DNA of 64,000 nucleotides. It comes from Dicyema japonicum (taxonomy: Eukaryota > Animalia > Dicyemida). The notes under the pieces were generated by a model, which was not told the origin of the DNA, ran no database searches, and worked only from the letters and a program-made list of their open reading frames with translations. The stretch covers positions 145,270-209,269 of the forward strand of contig RDEW01000064.1 in the NCBI GenBank assembly GCA_011109175.1, given 5' to 3'. Both the position numbers and the translations under genes were made by a program. This document shows positions 38,900-51,849 of this stretch, one piece after another. Positions within the stretch are counted from its first letter, which is position 1, and each line of letters begins with the position of its first letter.

Positions 38900-41600
38900 G
38901 GGGGAATCGCCTCCTTTGAGAACACTGTCCTAGTAGATGATAACTGGACACAATATATTCTTTGTTACTGATCCCTCTTAGAAATACCCTTAACACGTGG
39001 TCGAATACACCCTATTCACCACCGACATTAAAATCTCCCGGTAGTGCGACAGCAGACTCTACAGTACCAGTCGGTTAAAGAAGGCGTCAATTTCTAAGGT
39101 AACTGAGGGACCAACCTTTCCGACGGTGCTCTAAAATAAATTAACTACTTACTCTGAAGACTCTTAATAGACTCAATCAGCAGTCCGTGCTCTCCCACAG
39201 AATTACAGATGTGTACAACCTCTGACTGCAATTGAGCTGCAACTTTCTGACATTATCCCTTACTCTACCATTATCTCATTAAACTGATCCAGCACGTGGG
39301 CAAAAACCTTTTCCATCAAGTATTCCATGCCACGTAACCCCATCACCAAACACAATGTCTCCATCTCTACCATTACCACACTCCAACCTTGTCGTGATGT
39401 GTATTCCTCCAAGTCGAACACGTGAGCACCCTCATTTGCACACAACCCCACGAAACAGTTACAGGAGAACGAGTATATCACTTCCCTCCGAGCCTACGCT
39501 TTCAGCAGAAAGTCAACGTACCTAAGTAACCACCACGTAACTACCACGCAGCCATTCTCTGCTGTAGAGGCGGTAGGTCCCCAATCTCAGTACAGTTCAC
39601 CCACAGCCCATTATTAAGTGAGTCCATAACACGTGTCCAGCCAACTAAGAATAAAAGAACCCCTTACAGACAGCATCCACTTGCACAACCACATTAATGA
39701 GGACGGATATCCTCAAGTTCACTTGTGAGGGAAGACACGTGATCATTGCAGCACTGCTTTGATACGAGCTTTCCTCTATCATTCTTAAGAGGATGGCACT
39801 GAGAGCGCTCTCAAACTGCTTTCTGTGATGTTCCGTCGCGAATCTACGGAAAATCCTTGACAGGGCTGTAATAGACGTCATAAGGTTGGACCTACTGTGA
39901 CCATAATAACCCACGTGGTCTAAAAATACTCTTTATTGTTAGTTAAAGATATCTCAGACTTGCTTTTCGACTGCTTCCCGGATATGTGACCCATCATTCT
40001 CTGTCCCAACACTGCGAGATCCAAAGCCTTTATCAACCCACGAGTCACCTGTTTGTNCTTAAGAGGATGGCACTGAGAGCGCTCTCAAACTGCTTTCTGT
40101 GATGTTCCGTCGCGAATCTACGGAAAGTCCTTGACAGGGCTGTAATAGACGTCATAAGGTTGGACCTACTGTGACCATAATAACCCACGTGGTCTCAAAA
40201 TACTCTTTATTGTTAGTTAAAGATATCTCAGACTTGCTTTTCGACTGCTTCCCGGATATGTGACCCATCATTCTCTGTCCCAACACTGCGAGATCCAAAG
40301 CCTTTATCAACCCACGAGTCACCTGTTTGTAAACTTCAGCTTAATGTAGTAGACGTTCTCGATATGCTGAATCAAGGAGAAAACCACGTTCTCCAGAAAT
40401 TTATCACAGAGACTTTCTGCTATGCTTATCAATGGAAATTTCTTGTGTTACCACCAGCTACCTCCTCAGGACAAAGCACGTGGAAGCAGGTTCCTACTCC
40501 CTCTGTAAGTCGAAGGTAGCTACCAATGTAGTTGATTCTGCTTATTCTGGAGAGACACAGGGAGAAGTGGTGCTCTATCAGGTTGGAGGTGTGGCTAAAT
40601 CACGGAAAAGGCTTACAAATATTTGGAGAGGTCACAGACACGTGCCAGAAATTCGGGGTATGCGTTAACAGCCATGTTTATGGAGGAAAGGTCTGACAGG
40701 AGAGCTGGTACAGGGATCCCCTTTAAGGTGCAAATCCCCTGAGCCATAGACAAAACATACTCGCAGTCATCTACATGTCCCTCACGGAATGCCGTCTCCA
40801 GTCGTACGCAGATGTCCAGTCCACATGGAGTTGACAAAGTCTGGACCTTTCCGAGCAAATATTCCAAATGTGCTTTGGCCTGACCCATCAGTTCGGTTTT
40901 TCTAATCAAGCACGTGTCATGTAGTTGTCCCACCATGTGCACTAGGGCAATAACAGACTTGTCGTCCAACTCTCCCTCAAATTTAATCTTTTTACCCGCC
41001 ACTGAGCATATTAAGCCCCAAAATGAGTCTTATTTCGTCCGCTGATACAACAGGATCTTAGTCATGGAAGGTAACTACAACACATGTAACCAGTACCTCA
41101 CTGTAAATATTGTTGGACAGCTGGGCATTCACCTCCTCCATCATACCCGAAAGGACTGTCTTTCTCTTCCTTATCAAAGTCAAACTGGAGATCAGTCACA
41201 ACAATACTAGTTGGTGGGGAAATTCAGGGATTTGAACTCTGTGGAGAGCATTTGACGCAGTTGTCTAAATATAAAAGAGAACCAACAATATGATGGCAGC
41301 AAAACATCGAACACAGAGATCTTGGGAAAACCTGACCTTGTCCCGGAAAAGACAGACTAGAGGGAATGCTCTGACTGCGTTAATGAGGATTGAAGACAGA
41401 GATTCGTCCGTTAGTTCCGGCTATTCCGATGAGGGACACTTAGAATAAGGAAATTTTTCACTGATAATCAGTTTAGAGAGGCTGAAGGGGGCAAACCGTT
41501 GAACTCCGTCTAAATCTGAGACCGCTTGATCACCCAGGGAATGGATCGAAGTGAGAAGTGTCAATTTTAAGGAAATTCATTTTCATGTTCTTTTCGGTTG
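38900..41600 (-). pseudogene. NCKAP1: NCKAP1/Nap1 (Hem family, WAVE complex) gene fragment with micro-introns; lacks N- and C-termini
   Basis: FDLEEYTSRQ|EMETLCLVMGLRGMEYL matches [36 protein letters not shown] matches LSLFRDEV; DDKSVIALVHMVGQL matches DKHIAELIFYMEEL; VQVD matches VQID. Confidence 0.6.
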
Positions 41601-41619
41601 AAATCACACAATTGCGGAT

Positions 41620-42894
41620 CGCCTGACCAAAGAAGAAGACCTCCTTCCGGATTTTGCAGAAGGGGGCGTCGACCTCGTTCAGGAAATTCTCAGTTATTCA
41701 CAGGGTTTATGACGTTTGTAATATTCCAGTGGTTTGGTATCTGAGAAGAGTGACCATGAATTGTTCTTTACAAACAAGAAAAAGAAGAAGGTGGTCGTGA
41801 AAGACAAATTACACCCTCTTAAGCGGCCTCTTAGATGTTTGGCAGCCCTGGAGAACAAATCTCTGGTGAATATAGATGGCAACAATAAGGAGACCAAAAT
41901 GCCTAAATCCAACAAGAAGAAGTCGACGATAGTCTCCAAGACAGATATCACTGAGCTAAACAAAATTCTTCCTGAGAGAAAGCCTAAACCAAACATGGCA
42001 AAGATTTTCGATATTTGGTCTTCCCAAGGCCACAATGACAAAACACGTGTCCACGAAAAACCTGATCTTCTTAAGCAGGTACAAACGTGTTTTCACGTGT
42101 AGAATTTACCACATCCGGGATTTTCCTACAACCCTGAGCCAGAACTCCACCAGGATTTACTCTGGGCTGCCCACGTGGCTATAAAGAATGATGAGGATGA
42201 GAAGGATTTGGCTCAAAAGATTTATAATGAGGGGTTTAACATACCAAAGGAATTACTAGAGGTTATTACCCACGTGGGTTATCCATTTAGAAGCGGGAGG
42301 AAGAGATGATGTTGAGTGGGCTGGGAGAGGACGAGACAGTTCCCAAGGAGACTGAGATGGTAGTAGAAGACGTCATACGGAAGTCCTTTCGACGGGAGAA
42401 GAAGACACGGTCTCAAATTATCGCAAAGAAGCGAAATTTGATGAAGGTCTCGGTCCCTGGTTAATTTTCGGAAAGAATGAGACTCCGTGAGTGTCTCAAC
42501 TCGAAAAGGGACAAACAGTTCCGGAATTTGAATGATATCTGTAAGATGTTGGACAACGAGGATAAAAGGATTGGGGAAAATAAGGAGCTGACATCAAAGA
42601 AGCGAGCTGCTCTTAAATCGAGGACTAAGAGGTTGGCGAGGCTTAAATTCCGTGAACCCCTTCCGTTGGATGTTAAACCGAGTGATGAACTGCCATCATA
42701 ATTGACTAAACTGTCGGTAACTGATGATTATTATTACAGCCTGAGGAGAGTCTGTTGAAAGACCATTGCGTGGACTTTCAGAAGAGGAATCTGATATGTC
42801 CGTCGAGGAAGTTAAGGAAGATTGGGTTATTGTTTGTAGTCGTAAGAAGACTAAGTATAGAGAAGTTGTTAGAAGGAGTTTGAGATATTTGTGA
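41620..42894 (+). pseudogene. NOP53: NOP53 (GLTSCR2/PICT1) ribosome biogenesis gene, disabled
   Basis: GLVSEKSDHELFF..KRPLRCLAALENKSLV; GFSYNPEPELHQDLL; KRLARLKF..DVKPSDELPS*LTKL|PEESLLKDHCVDFQKRNLI; in-frame TAA at 42699; intron 42447-42470 ends CG; start not resolved. Confidence 0.75.
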
Positions 42895-43919
42895 GTTTTT
42901 AATACTTTGTGTTGAGTTGGCTGTTTTTGTAAATGCTAAGTTGTTAAATAGGCATTTCTTCTTGAAAATGTTTTGAGAATGGGAAAGTTATGCTTTATAA
43001 TTAATCTTGCCCCCCATATACAATAAGTCCTCTCTAATCAGTCATCCAGTGCCAAAATACTTTTTCTAACTAGCTTATTTTTGACATTATCGGAAAGTTC
43101 CTGAATTCGTCGATAAACCGTATTATTGACAATGAAACAAAATCCAGTTTTTTAGCGATTTCTCCCTTAAAGACACTCCACGAGCTACTGGCTTATTTTT
43201 GATATTATCGGAAAGTTCCTTAATTCGTCGATAAACCGTATTATTGACAATGAAACAAAATCCAGTTTTTTAGCGATTTCTCCCTTAAAGACACTCCACG
43301 AGCTTTCTAAAATTTATACGCTTAACCATTGTTCGCTATCAGATAACTCACATAATAAAATAACTTTAAAATTAAAAAGATGGTCTGGTCCATTTTAGAT
43401 GATTGTCTAGCAAAATTTAGTAGAGATGATTTACATTTTGGACTTGTTGAATTTATTTTGAAAAATAACCATTGTTCGCTATCAGATAACTCACATAATA
43501 AAATAACTTTAAAATTAAAAAGATGGTCTGGTCCATTTTAGATTATTGTCTAGCAAAATTTAGTAGAGATGATTTACATTTTGGACTTGTTGAATTTATT
43601 TTGAAAAAAAATCCTTATTTTTGAGACGTGGATGCTTCATTGACAAATGTTTCGAAAGCTTTGATGGTGTTTGTCATTATTTGATTGCATATTCATTTTG
43701 CCGTTTCCGGTATATCTTCCTTTTTCAAATTCATATTATAGATAACATTATTTTATTTGCTTTTTATTAATAATAATAAATAAGGCGATTTTTGTCAATA
43801 AAGTCAAAAATTCATATGTCCTTTAAAATTATTTAAAACTTATAAAAATGTGATTTTAAATAAAAAAATATTCTATAAATCAAAAGTTATAAAGTCAAAA
43901 AAAAGTCAAAATATAACTT

Positions 43920-44330
43920 TTTTTGCCGAACGATCCATCGAGGCATGTGACTGAAATGATATCTTCGACATGCTGAGGTCTGAGGCCAAACAGCATCGTC
44001 TTGCATGCCATGTGTTCGCCGCCAACCATGGGTGCGGAGCGTGGCAGGATGCACTCCCGTGTTCCTCCCTGGGGACCCTTTTGGACGATGACTGTATTCG
44101 GATTGGGATCACCCCTGGGAGTTGATGTTTGCGTCGAACACCAATGTTGATGTGGAGGGATCGTCGATGCCAAAAGGCTGCACCCGCTCTCGTGCAAAAG
44201 GAGTGCGAGCAGAGCACCCCGCCAAGAAAGATGTGCGGGAAGCGGTCTGGCTGAGGCAACGAATAAATATCGCAGTTGTCCGCGGAAACGCTTACTCATG
44301 ATGTCAGCAGCCGCTCTCCCCCATAGTTAA
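43920..44330 (+). mobile_element. CRE-like 3' fragment, internally deleted relative to 59640-60400
   Basis: Direct homology; deletion junction at gagcaccccgcc|aagaaag. Confidence 0.7.
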
Positions 44331-44426
44331 TAAATAATATTTTATTGTTAATAGATTTTTCGTTTAGTAAAGTAAAAAATTTTATCGATTTTATTTATTA
44401 ATTTTTCGAGTTTTTAAATAAATTGC

Positions 44427-44610
44427 ATAGTGCTGGTAAAAAAAACCGGTTTCGTAGTTACAAACTTTTTTGGCGTATAGATATTAATTTTTAACTGAAT
44501 TAAAGTGTTTGGAGTTGACTAGATGTATAATTTTTTTATTTAAAAAAATTTCCTTAATCGTCTAAAATTTTTAAAATTTCAATTTAGCGTGTGAATAAAA
44601 AAACCGGATT
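44427..44610 (+). repeat. Solo left TIR of the Tc1 element at 60498-61459
   Basis: agtgctggtaaaaaaaaccggtttcgtagttaca.. matches 60499-60680. Confidence 0.65.
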
Positions 44611-46849
44611 TGGATTACAGCCAAAGGTAGACTGATTCCAGAACCAAGGCCACAGTGTCGGTTTTCCGAGAGAAAAAATAATACGGTAGTTCCCAAAGGG
44701 TCCGTCAACGCCCGAAGGCACCTTCGTTTCTTGTAGACAACAAATCCGATTTTGTATCTCTTTAGGTCTTTTCCAGCCTTTTAGATTGACAGGATGACAG
44801 GTTTACATGAAAAAATAAAGTTCTTTACTCCTTGGAATATTTTCCTTCAATACTCATAGGCATCTTTATTGCTAGGGAATCAGCCAATCTAATCACATGA
44901 TCATGGCTGATGGCCTTCGAGGGATCACAGTGAGTGAAAGAGTTATTATGCGATCTTTCAAGAGGGCACTAATACATAAAGTCAGATATACAATTAGTCA
45001 ATATCTTCCCCACCCCCCACATTTGGCCTCAATTGGTCTGGATCATCTGGGGATTTCAACGAACCTGTCTTCAGCAATAAGTGATAACGACCCCACAATG
45101 ATTTAAATCACTGGTAGACTCATATTTTCTGTGGTTATCGTCGCAATTTTCGTCTCCCATGGACAGTTAATATAAACATCACATCTCTCTAGGTCCTTAA
45201 AGTATCTCCCTCCACCTGGTCTCTAATACACCTCAAGCATTAAATGTTAGGAGCTTCAGACGAGAAACGAGGGACACTACCTCGTCAAAAAAGGATGACA
45301 AACCACTAAGGTGCCTGAAAATATTCATAGATACTCTTCCTGGCGATGGGAGTTTTTGTCCTCGACCACCTGAGAGAACCCCCTCCCCCTGCAAGAAGCG
45401 GTCCACTATGCTAAGTTAAGCATCAATGGGTTGAGGCAAAATTTTGGACTACGCTTTCTCCTGGTGGAGTTGAAGATCGACATTGCTTCGATTTACAACT
45501 CCCTTTAAACGGACCTACTCCCGCTGTTACCTGTTGCATGTAAATATTGACTAACCGGACAAAAAACAAGGTGGTGGTCACCTCACTTTATACCGGAGAG
45601 ATTTTAGATGCGTGGACATCACTTTGGAGACGTAGAACCTAATTGGGAAAGACGATGTACTGAAATCACTGCGATTTCACTTGGGAAATAAATAGAAATT
45701 TTTTTTTATGAACATCTGGGTTCCCCCACCTGATTTTTATCCAAAGCATTGTGCTACACTCGATTTATCCACCTACCTTGAACGGTGTGATCAGTAGTTT
45801 GAGTTTGATATGTGGATTTTGTAATCCCTAACTGCATGCACGTATAACGCTTCCTGAGATTCTTAATAGCCATCTGAGGCTGACGGGGAAGCACGAGGAA
45901 CGACTAAGACCATGGTGATCTAAAAAATCTTGAACATGGGAGAGAGATAGGTAACCAGGATCATCGACACTACTTTGATTTATATTAGCTACCAAATCAA
46001 CAAGCCTTTCAGTAGAGTTCGACTGACCAGTGTTGTCGCTCGTGTCGCGATTATCTGGGGGTTCGATCCCTACGTGATACTTACCTAGTCGAAGGGTTCC
46101 GTTCTCTGCCTTCTTCTAATTAAAGATACCTCATGTGGTATCTCTACCTATCTCAGATGACGGTGTCTGTCGGCATCCAAAAAGAATATATCTTTTCCCT
46201 AATCAACTGGTGGGAAGTAATGCTTGGAAGGATGTGTCTCACTCTGACCGTGGGAACTGGGGTTATTGAATGAAGTAGAGTTTGACTACTAAAAACTCCT
46301 CGTTGTACTTTCCACTTATATTCGAATATGGAACTCAACGTTGATCAATAAACTGTTTTGCACGGGCACTGCTATCGACACCCTTACAATTTCCACCTAT
46401 AAGGCTGTTTGATAATATGGCCTAGTAATATAGTTGTTTTGTGAGAAAACGACTTTTTTTTAATTTAACTAAGTTAAAAAAAGAAAAAAATCTTTTCAGC
46501 TAACTATGCGATCCTAGACTGATTGGGGGAGGTCAACCGGCGGGACTGGGATCTTTAAATAATTTCCATAACAGGCTTTAAGTCAGCTCGTATTTTGGGT
46601 GGTTTATGAGATATTGGAAAAGGATGTAATAGAGGGGGGTGTTTGCTAGGTTAGGAACTGCTCGGTAAAAGAACTAACCTATTGTAAATTCTAACTATCT
46701 AGTGTTTCCCCCAAAACTGCTTTTCTCAGAAGACGAGCTATAGCCTTGCCACTTCTCCGTTTCCTCTTCGCTCAGATCAATCACCACAGCACTACTAAAC
46801 TGTGACGTTAGCCTACATTATGTATCCCGCAGAGTCTTCTAAAATGCAT

Positions 46850-48050
46850 GTATCCCTGTCTTTGATCTTCGGTTAGCGTCGTCACAATGTCCTTGATAGC
46901 TGAATTCCCTAAACATCCACGTGAATGATGTACCAACTAGATGTCTGCTCAAATTGGATATCTTCATGCAGTGTTTCTCAACCTGTTTTTGTATCGCCTC
47001 TGTCCCATCAAAAATTGTCAATTATTTCGTCTTCTTTTTCAGAATTTATCATTTCATCTTCATCAATGAATTATTCTTTCTCAGAATTCTCCGATAACAC
47101 CATTTAGTAGTATCTTCATTTTCATGGTGTTGAATATCAAGGAATGTTTCCATGTCCGGAGGGTCCAAAATTCCAATTTTCCTAAAAATTTCAGTAATAT
47201 TATTTCCCCAATCATTTGGACTGACCTCGATATTTTGTTTACGCAATTTATTGAAACAATTTTTAGTTGCTTCATCCATGTTCTATTTGAGTGATCATAA
47301 TTTATCGAACATTCATAATTATATTTTTTGTACCTTAAATTTTGAAATCATAACTGGCTTTAATTTATGGGTTCCAGTCATATTTGTACATAACATAATT
47401 GAAACCCGATCTTTGAAATTTTTATATCCACCAAATCGTGATTTGCATATGCTCTTGGACAAAATCCTAGAGCCCTGTCTCGTCCATATTGTAAATTTCG
47501 TCTTCTTTATAATGTTTGGAAATTTTTTTCAAAGTGATCTACAAATCCTTCTAGGTCAGGTTGTTTGTCAGTTATCAATTCCCATCTAATTTATGCATTC
47601 GAAAACTGTATTTTAAGAAAACCTTTTGAATTCTTGAAATCACAAATTGATAACTTTTTAGCAATATTTTGTGCTTTATTTGATATTGGTCCATCATTTA
47701 ACATAGCCCCTAACAAACAAATAAAAAAATACTCTTAGATTCCATCAAATCCATCCATTCAACTAGCTTAGCATCAAGTTCAGGAAATTTTAATGATTTG
47801 CATGGCTTTTTTGAAGGAATATAATTTTTAGATGTTTTCAATTTGGAATCTCAGGAATTAATAAAATTATTCACTGTTTTTCTTTAAATTCGACATTAAA
47901 TAAATCAGAAAATCTGTGACCGATTGTTTGGCACAATGTAGTATTATTCTCATCTTTATCTCTAAAAATTTCAAGTTTTTGGAAACAATTAAGCTTGTAT
48001 AATTACAACGAGAAGCTTTCGAACACATGGTAAAATTTTTAAAAAAATAA
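46850..48050 (-). mobile_element. Tigger/pogo transposase, degenerate
   Basis: GYKNFKDRVSIMLCTNMTGTHKLKPVMI (Tigger DDE_1 motif). Confidence 0.7.
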
Positions 48051-48347
48051 TTGAAAATGATTAGTAAAAATAAATTTTATTTTTTTTAATAATGTTGGCC
48101 AATTTCTTAGAAAAATTTGCTTTTCTATGAAAATTTGCCCTGACGTGAAATTTTGAACCAATTTGAGAATTGGGCAATTAGAGGGAGTTACTGTAGTTAT
48201 GAATCCTTAATAACTACCACCGAAAAGCCAACTTTATAAAACCTCTAGTCGTCCATACTAACTTAATGATTATCTAAGAGGACACCTCTGTGCCATTTAC
48301 TACTCAAAAACCCAAATATTAAAAATGATAAAAAAGAATAAAAAACG

Positions 48348-51300
48348 TTATATAAGATCAGTAAGCGCAATCCTAGGGACGATATTCATAGCAGTCAATT
48401 CCTGTATGAGTAATTTAAAAGCATAAGGGATCTTAATAGCAGCCATGGACTGTCCATCTCTACAGTTTTGACACCAATTCTCATATCCCATTACTCCACA
48501 CATTTGACAAATATGAGCAACAAACTCATCACTAGAGTGCACCAATCTCTCATAAATAAGACTGCTGGCCCCGTAAGCTATCAAACAATCTCTCTCCATT
48601 TCCCCAATTCTGAGTCCCCCTTCACGGGTTCTAACCTCCGTGGGTTGTCTAGTCAGATTAACAATAGGTCCAGTCGCCCTAGCATGTATTTTGTCCCCCA
48701 CCATGTGTTTCAATCTCTGATAGTAAACAATCCCATTATAAATATAACACTTTAACGGTAGACTATAATAACACCACAAATAACCCCCCAATACCAGTGT
48801 ACATGATATCCTCCCCAATGTAATTAAATCCATGAGTTTCTAATACCTTCTGAGTAAATTCCCTCTTATGCCCCGTGAAGACTACGATAAGTTAGAGAAA
48901 TACTAGTGGCATCGATGAAATCTCCGTTAATCGATGCCGCCTTCCCCGCCAATATTTCCAAAAGTTTACCCACAGTCATCCTTGAGGGGAAACCATGGGG
49001 ATTCATGATCTAATATCCACCAAAAATTACAATATCAGGGATGTAGCCCTACAGTTACGTATTTCATCCAATCCATGACCTACCATCAGTCCCAATACCA
49101 CCTTAGTCTTGACCAGTGGTTTTTGGGGATATAATAAATTATAAATAACAGAGTCGTAACGGTCCCGATGATTCTCAGCCATTAGGCCCTGAGTCTGTTT
49201 GCACATTGCACACTGATAGGTTAGTCTGGGGGCAGGGTTGTGATTAGGGAATGGAATGGTAGAGGCAGCTATACCGATTAACGCACAACCAGCGATCTCC
49301 ATGTGAGTATGATGTCTGACTAATTAATACAGCCATACTCAGTAAGCTCATCCCTATTACGGGCCAACACCACATCCTCCATTTCGTTGCCGTCAATAAA
49401 CTCCAAAATCCCTTTCTTTGTCATGGTTTGCACTTGTCTACAATATATACCCAACAAACATGTATTTCCTCTGTAAAGCAATCTCCATTTCGGGGGTAAC
49501 CAAACATCTCCCATTCTTTACTCTAAAGAAAGGTCTTATTAGGCGACCAGAATCATATGACACTATCACAAAACGACGTATTTCGTCCATATTAATGTTA
49601 ACATAAAAGGGGAGGAGTGACAATCGACGTAGTCTTCTTATTCTCTCCACCAAATTAGCAGGTTCAGGAGTTATTCCAATAAATTCCCCCAAATTAATAA
49701 CAAAAGTACCATTAAGGAAAACCATATAGCTTGTAATACTAATAGCCTGAGGTCCCGATAACGATTCATCTACAAGCACTCCAAAGTTTCTCAATACGGT
49801 GGCTATAGCATCATGCTCAATATCACACGACACTTCAGTCAGGAGAGCAAAGTTCTTAACAAGTCCACAACTCTGTAATATACAAATGAGGTAACCTCTC
49901 CCTCAGGGGTATCACATGGACATATGAAATAAAATTGAGTCCCGTGAATAGATCGGGGACCAACTGCCTTCCTAGACTTCTCATATTGGGAGGCTATTCT
50001 CGTCAGATGCGTGAGTGTTGCGATATAACAACATCGATTCAACACTTGAGTAACCCCCGGTCTGTCCATTTTGAACATTTTTATAACCCAATTCCCCTAT
50101 AAATCACAACCCCCACTACAGTCAAAATAGCGCCCTCCATTCTGTCACAAATAAATCTGGGGGACATATAGTTAACCAAGTCAAATCCATTATTCTTGTA
50201 TAACCTCTCATACCTCTTCCTCAACTAGGAATAACCCCCACTAACAAAATCAGTATTGAAAGTCTGAAACAAATCCTGAAATAACAAGGAAAGCAATGAA
50301 GAAGCCAACTCCACCCGTTTGTTTCCACAATGTTCCTTACAGTCAACGGTCTCGGGCATTAGCTTACCCTTTATGAACCGGTAGAACATAATACACAAGT
50401 ACACCGCCTTTCTCCTCAAATTGAGCCCATCACCCTGATAATAACACAGCAAATGACCTTAATGTGAGGCAGTACTGTGTCGGAAAGTACTCTATCAACC
50501 ATATCACTTCTACTTAAGTCCTGAACCCCCTGTTCATAACCGCTTATACTCAATTTATCCTCCAAATACTTACGCGCCTACAATTACCCCCAACAGCCAC
50601 CGCCACAGCCGTGTGTACTTTAGCCACTTCATGACACTGATAGAGACTTGAAGTCAACATTGAGAAAGCCTCAGTTGTGAGTCCCATGTAGCCAATCGCT
50701 TCCTGATCTGTTTCAATGCCGAGGGCCTTCACGACAATGTACGCTGGGACAATCTCACAGAACGAGTTGTGTTTTATGTAAAATATGTCGTTCTTGAGGA
50801 ATAAAGTCAATTTACTCTTCCTTAGGGGGGTAGAACTACAGTTAACAGTGTAACTACCACATAACTGAACATTTCAGCTCTTCTCCGTCGTCCTCCACTA
50901 TTATACGGTTTTTTATTGTCTGTTCCTGTATCATGAGTACTCGTTCGGTTCCCTTCACGACAAAGTATCCCCCAGGATCAAGTGGACATTCCTGGATGGC
51001 GATCATCTGATAATCCCTGTGAAGATCGTTCCTGATTATGTTGCAGCATTTGGACTGCAGCATTATTGGCATTCTACATGACACCATAGGGTACCGGCCA
51101 ATCAGGACCTTCTCTTTCTGTACATATGACCCGAGTGCTCCCTTCTGGTAGACAATATCAACGTAAATATCAGCAGAATATGACATATTCCTTTGACGGC
51201 ACTAAAGTGACCCACGTCAACAACTTCATTCGGATAAATATCCCGCATAGCTCCTAATCCGTCTGATACTTCAGGGTGACCAACATAGATATCCTTATAT

Positions 51301-51613
51301 CTGAGAATGATATCACAAATTACTCTATAAACAAGCTTCCTGTGGCAAATGAGTAAAATTGATTCTGTGCCCTCACAATCTCTTTAATCTAATAATAATG
51401 GAAGTAACAACGTGTTTTTGAACGAAACTGTTGAACGAATTAATTTGCATCTTCACTAGTCCACCAAAGTGAAGATATTGAGGAAGAAAGGACTCCGTAC
51501 CCTACAATTTATATCAAACTAAGACTTTAAACTCTCTTAAGTGTGATCGATCATTTAAATACAACTCTGAAAATCTTTGGTTACTATTGCGTAAATAATA
51601 ACAATTACTGCAT
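48348..51613 (-). pseudogene. POLR3B: RNA polymerase III second-largest subunit (RPC2) with about 20 introns of 21-25 nt and about 190 codons missing; start codon tentative
   Basis: After splicing, colinear with POLR3B: [108 protein letters not shown] (RPC2-type C-terminus). GYDIEDA and GDKFSSRHGQKG are absent. Confidence 0.9.
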
Positions 51614-51849
51614 CCACTAATAAATTCTAAAGCATTCACTGATTTTAAACGTTTATTATTTGTTATTTAGGTTAACCACTTAATAATTATTTTTAAAATA
51701 TTATTAATTTTATAATATTCAATCTTAAAATACGAAAATGATAAAACCAAAAGTTCTATCGGCTCGCTAAGAAATTTCCGTCTCCAATCGGCTTCACTGT
51801 AAAGATCAAAGTAGCCATTTCCGTTCGACAGTGGAAACAATGGAGACGC

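Noticed and set aside
42699-42701. In-frame TAA in NOP53 as evidence of a variant genetic code
   Set aside because: Spliced POLR3B has no in-frame TAA/TAG and ends at TAA, and NOP53 has an independent splice lesion, so pseudogenisation is simpler.
46077-46200. ATACTTACCT resembling the U1 snRNA 5' end, preceded by a B-box-like ggttcgatccc
   Set aside because: The downstream sequence does not match U1 stem-loops or an Sm site, and no cloverleaf can be built.
44690-46340. GC-richer block possibly from an LTR retrotransposon
   Set aside because: No gag, protease, RT, integrase or LTR/PBS signature could be read with confidence.
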